Source of the DNA: an uncultured virus (IMG/VR IMGVR_UViG_3300037418_000253)
Taxonomy: Duplodnaviria; Heunggongvirae; Uroviricota; Caudoviricetes
Virus record (IMG/VR): IMGVR_UViG_3300037418_000253
Reading direction: 5' to 3' (one strand)
DNA: 61,063 nt
Part shown: positions 1-9,166 of the stretch, in pieces
How positions within the stretch are numbered: the first letter of the stretch is position 1
How the letters are laid out: each line of letters begins with the position of its first letter
Made by a program: the position numbers and the translations under genes
Notes under the pieces: generated by a model
What the model saw: only the letters and a program-made list of their open reading frames with translations
The model's database searches: none
What the model was told of the DNA's origin: nothing

Positions 1-310
1 AAGACTTCTCGTACAGGGCAGCCAGGTAGTCAAGGTTGTAAGGGGGTAGAACGACCTCGAATAGGTTGTATCCGGTTAGCTCGTCGCGCTCCTCGCGCTT
101 GGTGCCAGCTCCACCGGTTCCGCGCTGAAACTTCTGCATTTCTCGGGTCGCGTTGCGCTTTGTCGCAGGGGTCAATCCGTCCATCTTCCGAATATCGGAA
201 GCAGACTTGGCAAACACATCAGTTTCATCAGCAGATGGACGCCAATCCACCGCTGAGCCTAGACGGACTTCAATTTCCTGTCCGTCCTCCACGGATACAG
301 CCCTACTCAT
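1..310 (-). CDS. Portal protein, N-terminal part (runs off window)
   Basis: Not in ORF track. ATG at 310 overlaps upstream stop (TAATG) and reads MSRAVSVEDG...GYNLFEVVLPPYNLDYLAALYEKS, open to the window edge. PPYN-x-x-YL-x-x-LYE resembles portal N-termini; position after lysin/LamG genes fits. Confidence 0.6.
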   Translation of the reverse strand, partial: MSRAVSVEDGQEIEVRLGSAVDWRPSADETDVFAKSASDIRKMDGLTPATKRNATREMQKFQRGTGGAGTKREERDELTGYNLFEVVLPPYNLDYLAALYEKS

Positions 311-633
311 TACTTAGACAATTCCTCTCTGAATGCAGGAACGTCATACTCATCCGGGACCAGGCCGAACGCCATTCGCTGCTTCTGGTATTCAAATTCC
401 TCGTCAGTTACCTGACGATGGCCAGATAGGTAGAAAGGCTTGCCCTCGGTGATTCCATAAGAGGCAACGGTATCCTTGAGTTGCTGGATACGCTTCTTGT
501 CACCCTTCATAGCTGCAATGTTCAAGAAGTTGCCGTCTTCGTCGCCAATCCACTGGCCGTTAGGCATCTCCCAAACATAAACACCGTATGGAACCTCTTC
601 CACAATCTGCTTGCGGGTAGTGTTTAGTTTCAT
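310..633 (-). CDS. Hypothetical protein (107 aa) preceding portal
   Basis: ORF with TACAAT 6 nt upstream of ATG (leaderless-type); coupled to next gene. Confidence 0.8.
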   Translation of the reverse strand: MKLNTTRKQIVEEVPYGVYVWEMPNGQWIGDEDGNFLNIAAMKGDKKRIQQLKDTVASYGITEGKPFYLSGHRQVTDEEFEYQKQRMAFGLVPDEYDVPAFREELSK

Positions 634-718
634 AGGAAAATTGTACCGCTAATAAACCCCAATGGCAAATAGGTGTACAGAATTGCGTCAAAATCGCGTT
701 CTAACACGCTTATCCGGT

Positions 719-2902
719 TCAGCCTCCGCTGACAATCGCCCAGATTCCAGAATACCCTCGGAAACTCGGCAGGTTACCGGGGGAGAAGTTAATATCCACA
801 AACGTTCGACCTGGGTCAACCCCACCATCGTCAAGAGCATGGATAGCGATATCAAATGTTCCTGTCTTTAGCCTGATGATAGTCGTGTATGTACCAAACG
901 CAGTCTTGGGAATGTTGATGAGACTTCCGTTCCAATAAACCTTGGCAGAATTGTCCACACGAAGCGTGACTGTGGCTGACTTAATGCCAGGTGTAACCGT
1001 CACCTTGCGTCGAAGCCACAATCCTGTGCCTGCGCTCCAGTTGGTCTGGGAAGGAGGGAATCCGGAATAAGCTCCTCCATTACCGAACGGAGCGGTTCCT
1101 GTTGCCCACGAGGAGTCGTTAAATCCTGGCGCCGAGCGGTCCACAGTATCGCCTAGGGGGACCTGTAGGTACTTCCATCCAGACATTCCATAGTCCAGAA
1201 CGATTGATTCGCCGCCAGTGGTTCTCAGAGCCATGCTCACCGGACGCGTATCTCCATCATAAAGCGTGGTCAAGGAGCCATCGGTAATGGCAACAGATGG
1301 TGCCCCTACCCATGCCTTGTAAATAGTCTGTGCATCAGTCGGGCTAACCGCGTCAGAATAGGTGGCAAGGTGACCGATTCGCATTGGATACCCCGCGCTT
1401 CCTGTCTTGTTGTTTCCAACGTAGATTCCCGCCAGCGACTCAGAAAAGACCGCAATAACATGGTGCCACTCGCCCGTGGTGATGGTGGTACCTGAGCTAA
1501 TTGAGACGCCATCAACATATAGAGCGGTCAGGTTGGCGAAGGTCCATTTTCCCGTGCTGTCTGTAGTAACCTTAGGCTGTGCGGAGGCGGTATCCACATA
1601 TAGAATCGTGGCGTTGTTGGCTCCGGTATCCACTCGGACGGTCATCTCAACAGCAAAATACCCGCCGAAAACATCGTCCTCGGGAATAGAGAGTCCGCAG
1701 GTTCCGTCCGCAAAGACCACGCCAGCATTGTCATTGAAACTTGCGGCTGGACGATGCAGCTCTGCAATCGTGGTGGCAGCAGGATTTAGAATCGTTGCAG
1801 GAAGGTCTTCGTCGCTTCCCTTGATATTCAGAGACGAATAGAAAGCGATAGACAAGTATTCGACTGAAATCTGTTCGACCGAGGATGGAATGGTAACTCG
1901 AATACTTACCGTATATCCGGAGGTGAGAGCCCTGAACGACACGATTTGTCCACCGTTTGTTAGAGGAATCCAGGTCGCACCGCCATCATCCGACTTCTCG
2001 ACAGTAATAGGGTCAGATGACGACCACAGAATGCGAGACGCGACGATGGAATTGAGAGTGTCAATCTCTAGGGTCTCCTGATATGTCCACGTACCCGCCT
2101 CATGCTGAGCCTCGGCTTCGTTGTAGAGATTAACAAGCTCGCTGTTAACAACGGCAAGCGTTCCGTCCGAAATACCAGCCGTCCATCCGAGAGTGTCTGG
2201 GAATGCAGCCTTTGCGTAAACGCTGGCATTGTTGTCGATGAAGTCGTAATGATTACCACCATTATTCCTGGACAGGTCGGTTACGCTTGGATAGCTCACG
2301 CCGGTTGTATAGTGGGCAACAATGACCGAAATCGGCAGAGCGTATGGATAGGTGGCCACCGAGTCCAGGACTACGCTGGAGCTAGTGGAAGAAGAGAGCT
2401 TGATTGCCGTGTCATCAATCGCTGAGGGGGTATTAATATCAGCACCCGCCACCTTCACGCCATTGATAAACAGGTACATGCCTGTGGCATCGTAGATGGC
2501 CACGATGTGATAGATTTCGCCAGCCCGGAGATTCTTGTATTCCACGGAGTATAGCGTTCCCATGTCGATGGAGAACCTAAGCTTCAAACCGTCGATGAAG
2601 AGGCCGCTGTTGTCCCGAGCAATGATTTTGGTGTCTCCGTAGGTCGGCTTGACCCACGCTTCAAGCGTAAATGAGCGAGATTCACGGCCAGCAACCATGA
2701 TGTTATCGATTGGATACGAAATGACATCACCCGAATCCAATAGCTGGGCACCAATGCCCTTGGCCACAATTGGTCGGGTGGTCCTTGGCGTGCCCGTGAA
2801 TGTGGCGTTCTTGCCATAACCAGAACTATCTGTAATAGGCTGGCTATCCATGGACCACAGACCGGATGGCCCTTCTCGTAGAACTCGATAAATATAAGTC
2901 AT
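719..2902 (-). CDS. LamG/concanavalin-A-like domain virion (minor tail) protein with C-terminal galactose-binding-like domain
   Basis: Two LamG-like repeats (FTLEAWVKP, YHIVAIYD, LFING; WHHVIAVF); C-terminal WKYL...FNDSSWATGTAPFG...LRRKVTV...VDNSAKVYWNG jelly-roll. Start moved to MTYIY. Confidence 0.75.
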   Translation of the reverse strand: MTYIYRVLREGPSGLWSMDSQPITDSSGYGKNATFTGTPRTTRPIVAKGIGAQLLDSGDVISYPIDNIMVAGRESRSFTLEAWVKPTYGDTKIIARDNSGLFIDGLKLRFSIDMGTLYSVEYKNLRAGEIYHIVAIYDATGMYLFINGVKVAGADINTPSAIDDTAIKLSSSTSSSVVLDSVATYPYALPISVIVAHYTTGVSYPSVTDLSRNNGGNHYDFIDNNASVYAKAAFPDTLGWTAGISDGTLAVVNSELVNLYNEAEAQHEAGTWTYQETLEIDTLNSIVASRILWSSSDPITVEKSDDGGATWIPLTNGGQIVSFRALTSGYTVSIRVTIPSSVEQISVEYLSIAFYSSLNIKGSDEDLPATILNPAATTIAELHRPAASFNDNAGVVFADGTCGLSIPEDDVFGGYFAVEMTVRVDTGANNATILYVDTASAQPKVTTDSTGKWTFANLTALYVDGVSISSGTTITTGEWHHVIAVFSESLAGIYVGNNKTGSAGYPMRIGHLATYSDAVSPTDAQTIYKAWVGAPSVAITDGSLTTLYDGDTRPVSMALRTTGGESIVLDYGMSGWKYLQVPLGDTVDRSAPGFNDSSWATGTAPFGNGGAYSGFPPSQTNWSAGTGLWLRRKVTVTPGIKSATVTLRVDNSAKVYWNGSLINIPKTAFGTYTTIIRLKTGTFDIAIHALDDGGVDPGRTFVDINFSPGNLPSFRGYSGIWAIVSGG

Positions 2903-2940
2903 GATATTCGAATTATACCGGAATAGCCCAGAAAACGCCA

Positions 2941-2972
2941 ATGGCCCCGACCCCACGAGGGGCCGAGGCCAT
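2941..2972 (-). terminator. GC-rich hairpin, probable terminator
   Basis: Minus strand GGCCTCGGCCCC-TCGT-GGGGTCGGGGCC followed by ATTGGCGTTTT. Confidence 0.55.
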
Positions 2973-2990
2973 GACGGTAATTATATCCAC

Positions 2991-3056
2991 CCTAAGGTGC
3001 GCTGCACGGGAGCGCCCTAGACAACCCGGACTCATTTCCTAGGCTGTAACCTTAGG
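2991..3056. ncRNA. Candidate three-way-junction structured RNA
   Basis: Closing stem CCTAAGG/CCTTAGG enclosing GCGCT/AGCGC and CCTAG/CTAGG hairpins. Confidence 0.35.
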
Positions 3057-3068
3057 ATATCACATCAA

Positions 3069-4301
3069 TTACTTCTTTTCAAGCGCAGCAACGCGCTTTT
3101 CCAGGTCTGCGACCCTTTCCTCAAGAGTCTTTGGCTTAGGCGCAGGGGCAGGAGCCTTTGGTACGTAAGCCTGTCGTCCCAGCACGTCTGCCGCATAGTC
3201 TCCACCGGTCGTTGCCGAGTCTGGAGACTTTCCTGCTGCAATTGCTGCCTTTACGCCATCAACCCCGGCATTGTACGCAGCCACAGCAAATCCCCAGTTA
3301 TTCAGGGCCTTGTAGTCAGCGGCAAGGAGCGTAGCTGCATCTTCGGCCTGCTTGCGAACGTCGTTCAGGTAGGTCTCATCAACCTTCCAGTAACGGTTGT
3401 CACGCTGCCACACGCCGAATCCGTGGCCACCGTCTCCGATGACATTCTTGAGATTTGTTTCGCGAGAACCGACCGCGACAAGCAAACCCTCAGGAAGTCC
3501 GTGAGCCTTCTCTACCTCAGCAATAAAAGGCCAGGTCTTAACAGCCTCGGCTGCCTGAGCCTTAATTGTAGCCTCGGTTTCACGAGACTTTGGACTAATT
3601 GTGCCAGTCCAAGGCTTAGGGGTTGGCGTTGGCGTTGGAACCGGCTTTGGCGCAGGCGCAGGAGCAGGCTTAGCTCCAGCCTTTAGCGTAGCCTTAACGT
3701 CAGCACGAACCTTCGTCATATCCATAATCTTGCTAGGCGCATAACCTGGGTCCCACTTATCCGAAGACCATTCGCCGTGACCAATTACCGACTTCTCGGT
3801 CCACTTGTGGAAATCGAGAATAGCCGCGCTTAGCTTTAGACCAGTCTTGTACTGAGCGTCAGTCATCTTGTGACTTCCGGAGTACATGATTTCTACACCA
3901 TAGAAGTGAGCGTTTCCGTCCACTCCGTTTGAATTACCCTTGGTTGGGTGAAGCTGTCCCGAGTAGTCCTCGTTGATTACGTGATTTAGAACCGCAGGGT
4001 CTCCACCACCAGCGTGGTTTGCACGTCCCCATCCTACAAGGTACACAGTGCCATCAGGAGCTAGTCCGAAATGACAAAGTGGGCCAGGCAGAGTGCTCAG
4101 GCCGTTGTAAAGAGTGCTGCCAGCATACTCGGCTGCGTCCTTCACATCAGCGCCAGTGTGGTGCCAGATAAAGCCGTTCATTCCGCCCCAGGCTCCGTGT
4201 CCAGCACGGTTGTGGGTCTCCCACGACTTTACTTCCTTGTACTTGATGCCCCACTTCTTAAGCTGGGCGACAATCTGACTTGCAGTCATTGGTGTTGCCA
4301 T
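3069..4301 (-). CDS. Endolysin: Amidase_2 domain + Pro/Lys linker + goose-type (GH23) lysozyme domain
   Basis: WHHTG, ANHAG, GVEI, GHGEWSSDKWDPG amidase motifs; SRET..GDGGHGFGVWQ, AYNAG, TTGGDYAADV lysozyme motifs; RBS GGAGG. Confidence 0.9.
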   Translation of the reverse strand: MATPMTASQIVAQLKKWGIKYKEVKSWETHNRAGHGAWGGMNGFIWHHTGADVKDAAEYAGSTLYNGLSTLPGPLCHFGLAPDGTVYLVGWGRANHAGGGDPAVLNHVINEDYSGQLHPTKGNSNGVDGNAHFYGVEIMYSGSHKMTDAQYKTGLKLSAAILDFHKWTEKSVIGHGEWSSDKWDPGYAPSKIMDMTKVRADVKATLKAGAKPAPAPAPKPVPTPTPTPKPWTGTISPKSRETEATIKAQAAEAVKTWPFIAEVEKAHGLPEGLLVAVGSRETNLKNVIGDGGHGFGVWQRDNRYWKVDETYLNDVRKQAEDAATLLAADYKALNNWGFAVAAYNAGVDGVKAAIAAGKSPDSATTGGDYAADVLGRQAYVPKAPAPAPKPKTLEERVADLEKRVAALEKK

Positions 4302-4356
4302 AAATATATCCACCTCCATTCAGATACATTGTACCCTGAATGGGCTTAGAAAGCAC

Positions 4357-4385
4357 AAAAACCCCCGGCTTTTGGGCCGGGGGCT
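4357..4385 (-). terminator. Intrinsic terminator after nrdJ
   Basis: CCCCCGGC-loop-GCCGGGGG followed by TTTT on minus strand. Confidence 0.7.
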
Positions 4386-4389
4386 TTGC

Positions 4390-6336
4390 TTACTTCGCTA
4401 GGTCAACCACTTCACACTGTCCAGCACTACAAGCCAATTCCTGTGAGCCGGTGGTGCCGTCCTCAATTTCGTAGGCTGAAAGGAGGTCCCAGTCAACATT
4501 CACGGGCATCCGGTAGGTCCACTCAGAATATTCATCGGCTGTAATATCCTGGTACGGGGCCTGCTGGTAGGTGTGCTCGCTGTGAGGCAGGAAGGAAATT
4601 CCGGAAACCTCATCGAAGTTCTCGTACACCCAATTTCCAACGGTCTCCCACTCGTCCGGCTTGACGTAGATGGTCACCGAAGGCTTGTGCTCGCACCACA
4701 TGCGCTGATAAAGCATCCACAGCTCAAGGTGCTCAATCGCGGTAAGGTCATTGCGAGTAATAGCACCCTCTGGAGCCGCAATTGGGAACGAGAATACTGC
4801 GGTGTGCTCTGGATTCATAACGTCTGGCTCCCAAGGGAAACCGGAGTCAATCATGAACTGAGCAATTGGGTCCTTGCGGTCGATGCGAACGGTACGAATG
4901 TACTGCTCATTGTGCCAAGCGTGCAGACCAGAAGAGGTTAGCGTGAGCTGAGAGGAAGTTCCCTCGGGCTTCACACAAGTAACCGCCGCTGCCTGCGGAA
5001 TACCGATGCGCTCAGCAACCCGCTTATTCGTCTCCACAGCAACACCACGAAGGTAATTCAGAACCTCGGCGGTCTTGTCGAATGAAATAGTTCCATTCAG
5101 CAACTTGTTGCCGAAAGGACCAGTCATCGAGACGCCTAGAAGACGCTCCTCCTCGGTGTTCTGCTTCCACAGCGGACGCAGGTACTTGAAATTCGTAAGC
5201 GTGGACTGCCAGGTACCAAGAATCGTAGCCGCACGAACCTTGGCGGAAAGCGTTAGGATATCGTCGTCACCAGAAACAACAACCGTCGAGAGGTTGCAGA
5301 ACTGGTTCGGACGGAGAATGATTTCCGAGCATGGGTTGGTTCCATAATCGATATCCGCAGAACGACGACCGTACTTCGCAGCCTGCTTGCGAGAAGCCTC
5401 ACGACTGAAAATACCGCGCTCGCCGGAACCAGACTCAATTAGCGACTGCCACTCAGCGTCGAAACGCTCACGAGATGGCTTCTCATCGAATACCGCAGAG
5501 TTGTTCGCCAGCGCACGCTGACCGTTGTCCTCCCACCAAGCACCAGACTTAGCTGAACGGTGCCCATCCGAATTGAGGTCGCCCAAAGAAATAAGAGCGG
5601 AACGACGGACGCCACCGACAACTACGACGCTTGCAATTTCACACACGATGTCGTGAGCCTCAAGGTCGGTTAGCTGACGACCCTGAGCCCTAAGGAACGT
5701 ATCCACCGTGAACTCAAATAGCTCCACGAGCGGGTCCGGACCAGAGGCACGACCACCGAAAGTCTTAAGGCGAGCACCGGCCGGACGAACCTTGCTTACG
5801 TCCCAGCTCTGGATAACACCATTATAAAGACCAGCAACAAGGTCGTGATAGGCGTGAGCCCATCCTTCCTTGGAGTCCTCAACGACAATGACATTCTCGG
5901 AGTCGTGAAGCTGAGGAATAACCGGCAACTGGGAAACGTAACGCTGCTCACACGAGAAGCCTACGCCAGTGCCGTTCATCAGGATATACAGAATCTCATC
6001 AAAGGCAACAGGATTATCAACAACAACGTAGGAACAGTTGTATCCGGCGATGTTGTTACGCTCTAGCGCGGGTCCAGCGGTCATGAGGGCACGCATGGAT
6101 GGAAGCGCCATATGGTTGGTGATGAAATTGCGAACCAGGTCTACTTCATCGGCTGGCGGGGTATAGCCGTTGTTCTTGTCAAGGTGGTCAAGCATGAAGT
6201 TGACGTATCGGTCAACTGTCTCTACCCAGGTCTCGCGGCGTCCTTCGGACTCAAGCCAACGAGAGTAACGAGATAGGTGAATGAAGTTGCGGTACGGGTC
6301 AGTAATCCGGCCCGTGGTGTCGATGAAACCATCCAT
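4390..6336 (-). CDS. nrdJ: Class II (B12-dependent) ribonucleotide reductase
   Basis: PSMRALMTAG, YNCSY, GTGVGFS, GGVRRSALI, TNPCSEI, VKPEGT, C-terminal CSAGQC. Confidence 0.95.
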   Translation of the reverse strand: MDGFIDTTGRITDPYRNFIHLSRYSRWLESEGRRETWVETVDRYVNFMLDHLDKNNGYTPPADEVDLVRNFITNHMALPSMRALMTAGPALERNNIAGYNCSYVVVDNPVAFDEILYILMNGTGVGFSCEQRYVSQLPVIPQLHDSENVIVVEDSKEGWAHAYHDLVAGLYNGVIQSWDVSKVRPAGARLKTFGGRASGPDPLVELFEFTVDTFLRAQGRQLTDLEAHDIVCEIASVVVVGGVRRSALISLGDLNSDGHRSAKSGAWWEDNGQRALANNSAVFDEKPSRERFDAEWQSLIESGSGERGIFSREASRKQAAKYGRRSADIDYGTNPCSEIILRPNQFCNLSTVVVSGDDDILTLSAKVRAATILGTWQSTLTNFKYLRPLWKQNTEEERLLGVSMTGPFGNKLLNGTISFDKTAEVLNYLRGVAVETNKRVAERIGIPQAAAVTCVKPEGTSSQLTLTSSGLHAWHNEQYIRTVRIDRKDPIAQFMIDSGFPWEPDVMNPEHTAVFSFPIAAPEGAITRNDLTAIEHLELWMLYQRMWCEHKPSVTIYVKPDEWETVGNWVYENFDEVSGISFLPHSEHTYQQAPYQDITADEYSEWTYRMPVNVDWDLLSAYEIEDGTTGSQELACSAGQCEVVDLAK

Positions 6337-6453
6337 AAAAAGAAAAAACTCCTCCTAGACCCCTTGCCAAGGGCCTTAATAGTCTAGATGTTGTGGTCTA
6401 TATAGTGTAGCACCCCCGTCCTTAGTGGGCGGGGGTGGCAAAAGTATTTTATG

Positions 6454-7437
6454 TCACGGCTTCGTAAACATCGAGACGATGGGAGCGAACGCCTTCTCGG
6501 TAAGGTCGAGCCAGTCATACGCCTTGTGAACATCCCTTGCCTGTGAGTAATAATACCCGGACAAGAAATCGAAGTCGTGAGCAGCAAAAGCTAGTGACTG
6601 CTTGAGTTCGTCATAGTCTGGGTAGTATACATCTCCGGGGTGGAGGGACCAAATGCTGCGGTCATATCGGCCGGTTACCCGCAAAGGACCGAGGAACTTC
6701 TTGTAGGGAGCCCAGTCATCCGTGCAAACCACCGGCATTCCCGTTCCCAAAGCCTGCAAAGGGATGAGTCCAAATCCTTCACCATAAGAAGGATAAATGA
6801 GAACATCGTGGGAGTAATAGAGTTCCTGCAATTCCTCGAAGTGCATGTTCTCCGTAATGACCGTGACATTATCGTAGGCGTTGTCCGCTGTGATAACCTT
6901 GCCATTCTCCCAAACCTGGAGGTAGTGGCTGTAGTACGCCTTGATGGTCAAGTGTACGTCGTCGCGGTCACCGAAGACAGCTCGGAAAGCGTCAATGGCC
7001 ATCTGACCACCCTTACGCAAAGCAGGCTCACCGACATGGAGGAACTTTATCTTACCGTTACTCTCCCTCTTGCGGGGTGTCCATCGTGGGTCAAGGCCAT
7101 GCTCATAAGTCTTGACAGGAACCGTTACCCCAGCGTTACGATAAACCTCGGCTGTCCAGTCGGATGTGGCCCAAACTTCGTCACACGCATTGAAATTTTC
7201 AAGCCATCCGTCTGGCAACTCGGTAGACTCCCATGGAGTATATCCAATCTTGTATTGCCCAGGATGGAACTTATAATCCTGCGGCTGACAGAAGCAGATT
7301 TGAACTGGAGCGTCAGGGTTGTCAAAGGGAACCTCATGACCTAGCTTCTGTAGGGAGGTTACTACCTGAAACCCAGCGTTTCCGTAGCCCCTAGTTCTAT
7401 CTAGGTTACTACCTACTGTGTAGTAGCTAATCTTCAT
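6454..7437 (-). CDS. Glycosyltransferase (GT4/GT-B)
   Basis: YTPWEST, RKGG, YPSYGEGFGLIPLQALGTGMPVV signature. Confidence 0.9.
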   Translation of the reverse strand: MKISYYTVGSNLDRTRGYGNAGFQVVTSLQKLGHEVPFDNPDAPVQICFCQPQDYKFHPGQYKIGYTPWESTELPDGWLENFNACDEVWATSDWTAEVYRNAGVTVPVKTYEHGLDPRWTPRKRESNGKIKFLHVGEPALRKGGQMAIDAFRAVFGDRDDVHLTIKAYYSHYLQVWENGKVITADNAYDNVTVITENMHFEELQELYYSHDVLIYPSYGEGFGLIPLQALGTGMPVVCTDDWAPYKKFLGPLRVTGRYDRSIWSLHPGDVYYPDYDELKQSLAFAAHDFDFLSGYYYSQARDVHKAYDWLDLTEKAFAPIVSMFTKP

Positions 7438-7587
7438 ACTTCTCTTTTCTTCTCTAGTATAACTATGAGACTACGCCATCCCCCTCCTTGCTGTCAAGTC
7501 ATCAACATCACCTTGCTCCATTGTGACAGAGCTGCTACAGTAGATGAATTCACTAGAAATAGTGGAGAAATAAAAGGAGAGATTATT

Positions 7588-8250
7588 ATGAAGAAGTCTG
7601 TAAGCATAATCGCTTCCTTGTTGCTTATTGGTTCTGGCTTGTCAGTCCTTGCTGTGGCTGATGATGAACCCAGTAAACGCCCGGTTGCGATAGAACGACA
7701 GACCACTCATGTATCTCGCGATTTTGTTCGTCCTCCTCTGGACGATATCGTAGAGGCGAAGAAAGCGATGCAGAAGGCTATTCTTGAACGACAGAAAGCC
7801 GCCGCATTGGCTGCTGCGAAGAAGCGAGAGCAAGAGCGAGCCGAGCGGGAAGCTGCCCGTAGAGCCGCCGAGAGGAACCGGGCCGAGAAGGCACGCCAAG
7901 AAAAGCGGGCGCGGCTCAGAAATGCAGTATCGTCTCCTCGGAGGCAGACATATTCCAAGCCGTCTGGTAATATCAAGCAGTACGCTGCTGGGCTAGTCGG
8001 TGCAGGACAGTTCGGATGCCTAAACTCTATCTTCAACCGAGAGAGTGGCTGGAATCCTTACGCGCAGAATCCGTCATCAGGAGCTTACGGCATCCCGCAG
8101 GCTCTACCCGGCTCGAAAATGGCAAGCGCGGGGTCTGACTGGCGAACTAATCCATACACCCAAGTACGATGGGGCGTGTCTTACATCAAGTCACGGTATG
8201 GTACACCTTGCAACGCCTGGGCGCACTCCCAGCAAGTGGGGTGGTACTGA
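7588..8250 (+). CDS. Secreted lytic transglycosylase (SLT-like) with coiled-coil stalk
   Basis: Signal peptide MKKSVSII..., Ala/Arg/Glu coiled coil, RESGWNPYAQNPSSGAYGIPQALPG...YIKSRYGTPC; RBS AAGGAG. Confidence 0.85.
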   Translation: MKKSVSIIASLLLIGSGLSVLAVADDEPSKRPVAIERQTTHVSRDFVRPPLDDIVEAKKAMQKAILERQKAAALAAAKKREQERAEREAARRAAERNRAEKARQEKRARLRNAVSSPRRQTYSKPSGNIKQYAAGLVGAGQFGCLNSIFNRESGWNPYAQNPSSGAYGIPQALPGSKMASAGSDWRTNPYTQVRWGVSYIKSRYGTPCNAWAHSQQVGWY

Positions 8251-8331
8251 GTTGACCGCCTTCTTTAGGCTGTGATACACTAGATTCATCGGCCTTGGGG
8301 TGAGGCTAAAAATATCACCCCTTCCAAGCTC

Positions 8332-8408
8332 GGTGGACTGTTATGGAACAGAGAGCTAACTTTAATATCATGTGATAATCCCAGTCTCATCACATCACAG
8401 TTCCACCA
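8332..8408 (+). ncRNA. Candidate structured RNA ending in CCA
   Basis: Terminal stem GGTGGACTGT/ACAGTTCCACC, internal ATGTGAT/ATCACAT hairpin; ends 2 nt before tRNA-Thr; no T-loop. Confidence 0.35.
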
Positions 8409-8410
8409 TT

Positions 8411-8484
8411 GCCGCCTTAGCTCAGTTGGCCAGAGCAATCGCCTTGTAAGCGATAGGTCGTCGGTTCGACTCCGACAGGCGGCT
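8411..8484 (+). tRNA. tRNA-Thr(TGT)
   Basis: Cloverleaf; anticodon arm ATCGC-CTTGTAA-GCGAT; GGTTCGA T-loop. Confidence 0.95.
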
Positions 8485-8488
8485 CAAT

Positions 8489-8561
8489 CGGCAACCATGC
8501 TAAGGAGAACGCAACCGAACTAGCCTCTGCGCGCCGAGGACATGTCCGAAAGGGCTTGCCG
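8489..8561 (+). ncRNA. Candidate multi-branch structured RNA between tRNAs
   Basis: CGGCAA/TTGCCG closing stem, CCTC/GAGG hairpin, TCC-GAAA-GGG GNRA hairpin. Confidence 0.3.
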
Positions 8562-8594
8562 TTAGTACCGAGTTGTGCGGGAACGCGGCTTTAT

Positions 8595-8669
8595 GCCGGA
8601 TTCGTATAATGGCGATTACGCTTCCTTCGTACGGATGATATAACGGTTCGATTCCGTTATCCGGCTCCA
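8595..8669 (+). tRNA. tRNA-Thr(CGT)
   Basis: Cloverleaf, loop TTCGTAC, encoded CCA. Confidence 0.9.
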
Positions 8670-8670
8670 T

Positions 8671-8744
8671 GCCTACGTAGCTCCAGCGGTTAGAGCGCTA
8701 ACTTGGTAAGTTAGAGGCCGTGAGTTCGAATCTCACCGTAGGCT
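8671..8744 (+). tRNA. tRNA-Thr(GGT)
   Basis: Cloverleaf; CTAAC-TTGGTAA-GTTAG. Confidence 0.95.
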
Positions 8745-8747
8745 CTT

Positions 8748-8960
8748 ATGGAATGGTCAGATGTACACGAATATCGTCGTCTCGCAGATATGGGTTTGAC
8801 TAAGCATCTAACCTGTCCAGACGACGACGCAAAACTAGTGTCACGAATTGGTGACGATGACGACCCAGTTTACTGGTGTCCCGTCTGTGATACCGTAATT
8901 ACGCCGGGTCTCGACCTACGAGACCAAATCCGAGCAGTAGTTATGGAGTGGACAGTTTAG
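8748..8960 (+). CDS. Small Zn-ribbon-like hypothetical protein
   Basis: CPDD...CPVC pattern. Confidence 0.7.
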   Translation: MEWSDVHEYRRLADMGLTKHLTCPDDDAKLVSRIGDDDDPVYWCPVCDTVITPGLDLRDQIRAVVMEWTV

Positions 8961-9166
8961 AAATGAATACACGTCGGCCGGATATCAGGGATTATGGCCT
9001 CTGGGCCGAGCACGACCAAGCCTGTTGCATTTGCATCACCCGTAAGGCGGTGCTTGATATGCAGCGGGCTTTGTTTTTGCCATGCTGGACCTGTCAAGAG
9101 GCTGGCTGGACCATTATTCGTAAAAAGAAGAGATTGGGAAATTGGAAGAGAAGATTGAAGTTCTAG
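8948..9166 (+). CDS. Hypothetical Cys-containing protein
   Basis: CCIC...CWTC; packs between neighbours; start may be ATG 8963. Confidence 0.6.
   Translation: MDSLEMNTRRPDIRDYGLWAEHDQACCICITRKAVLDMQRALFLPCWTCQEAGWTIIRKKKRLGNWKRRLKF

Noticed and set aside
4390..6336. Intein or intron in nrdJ
   Set aside because: Compact uninterrupted ORF with contiguous motifs and no splicing signatures.
8489..8561. c-di-GMP-I or SAM riboswitch resemblance (GGCAACC...ACGCAA)
   Set aside because: Required stems and spacing absent; lies between tRNAs with no expression platform.
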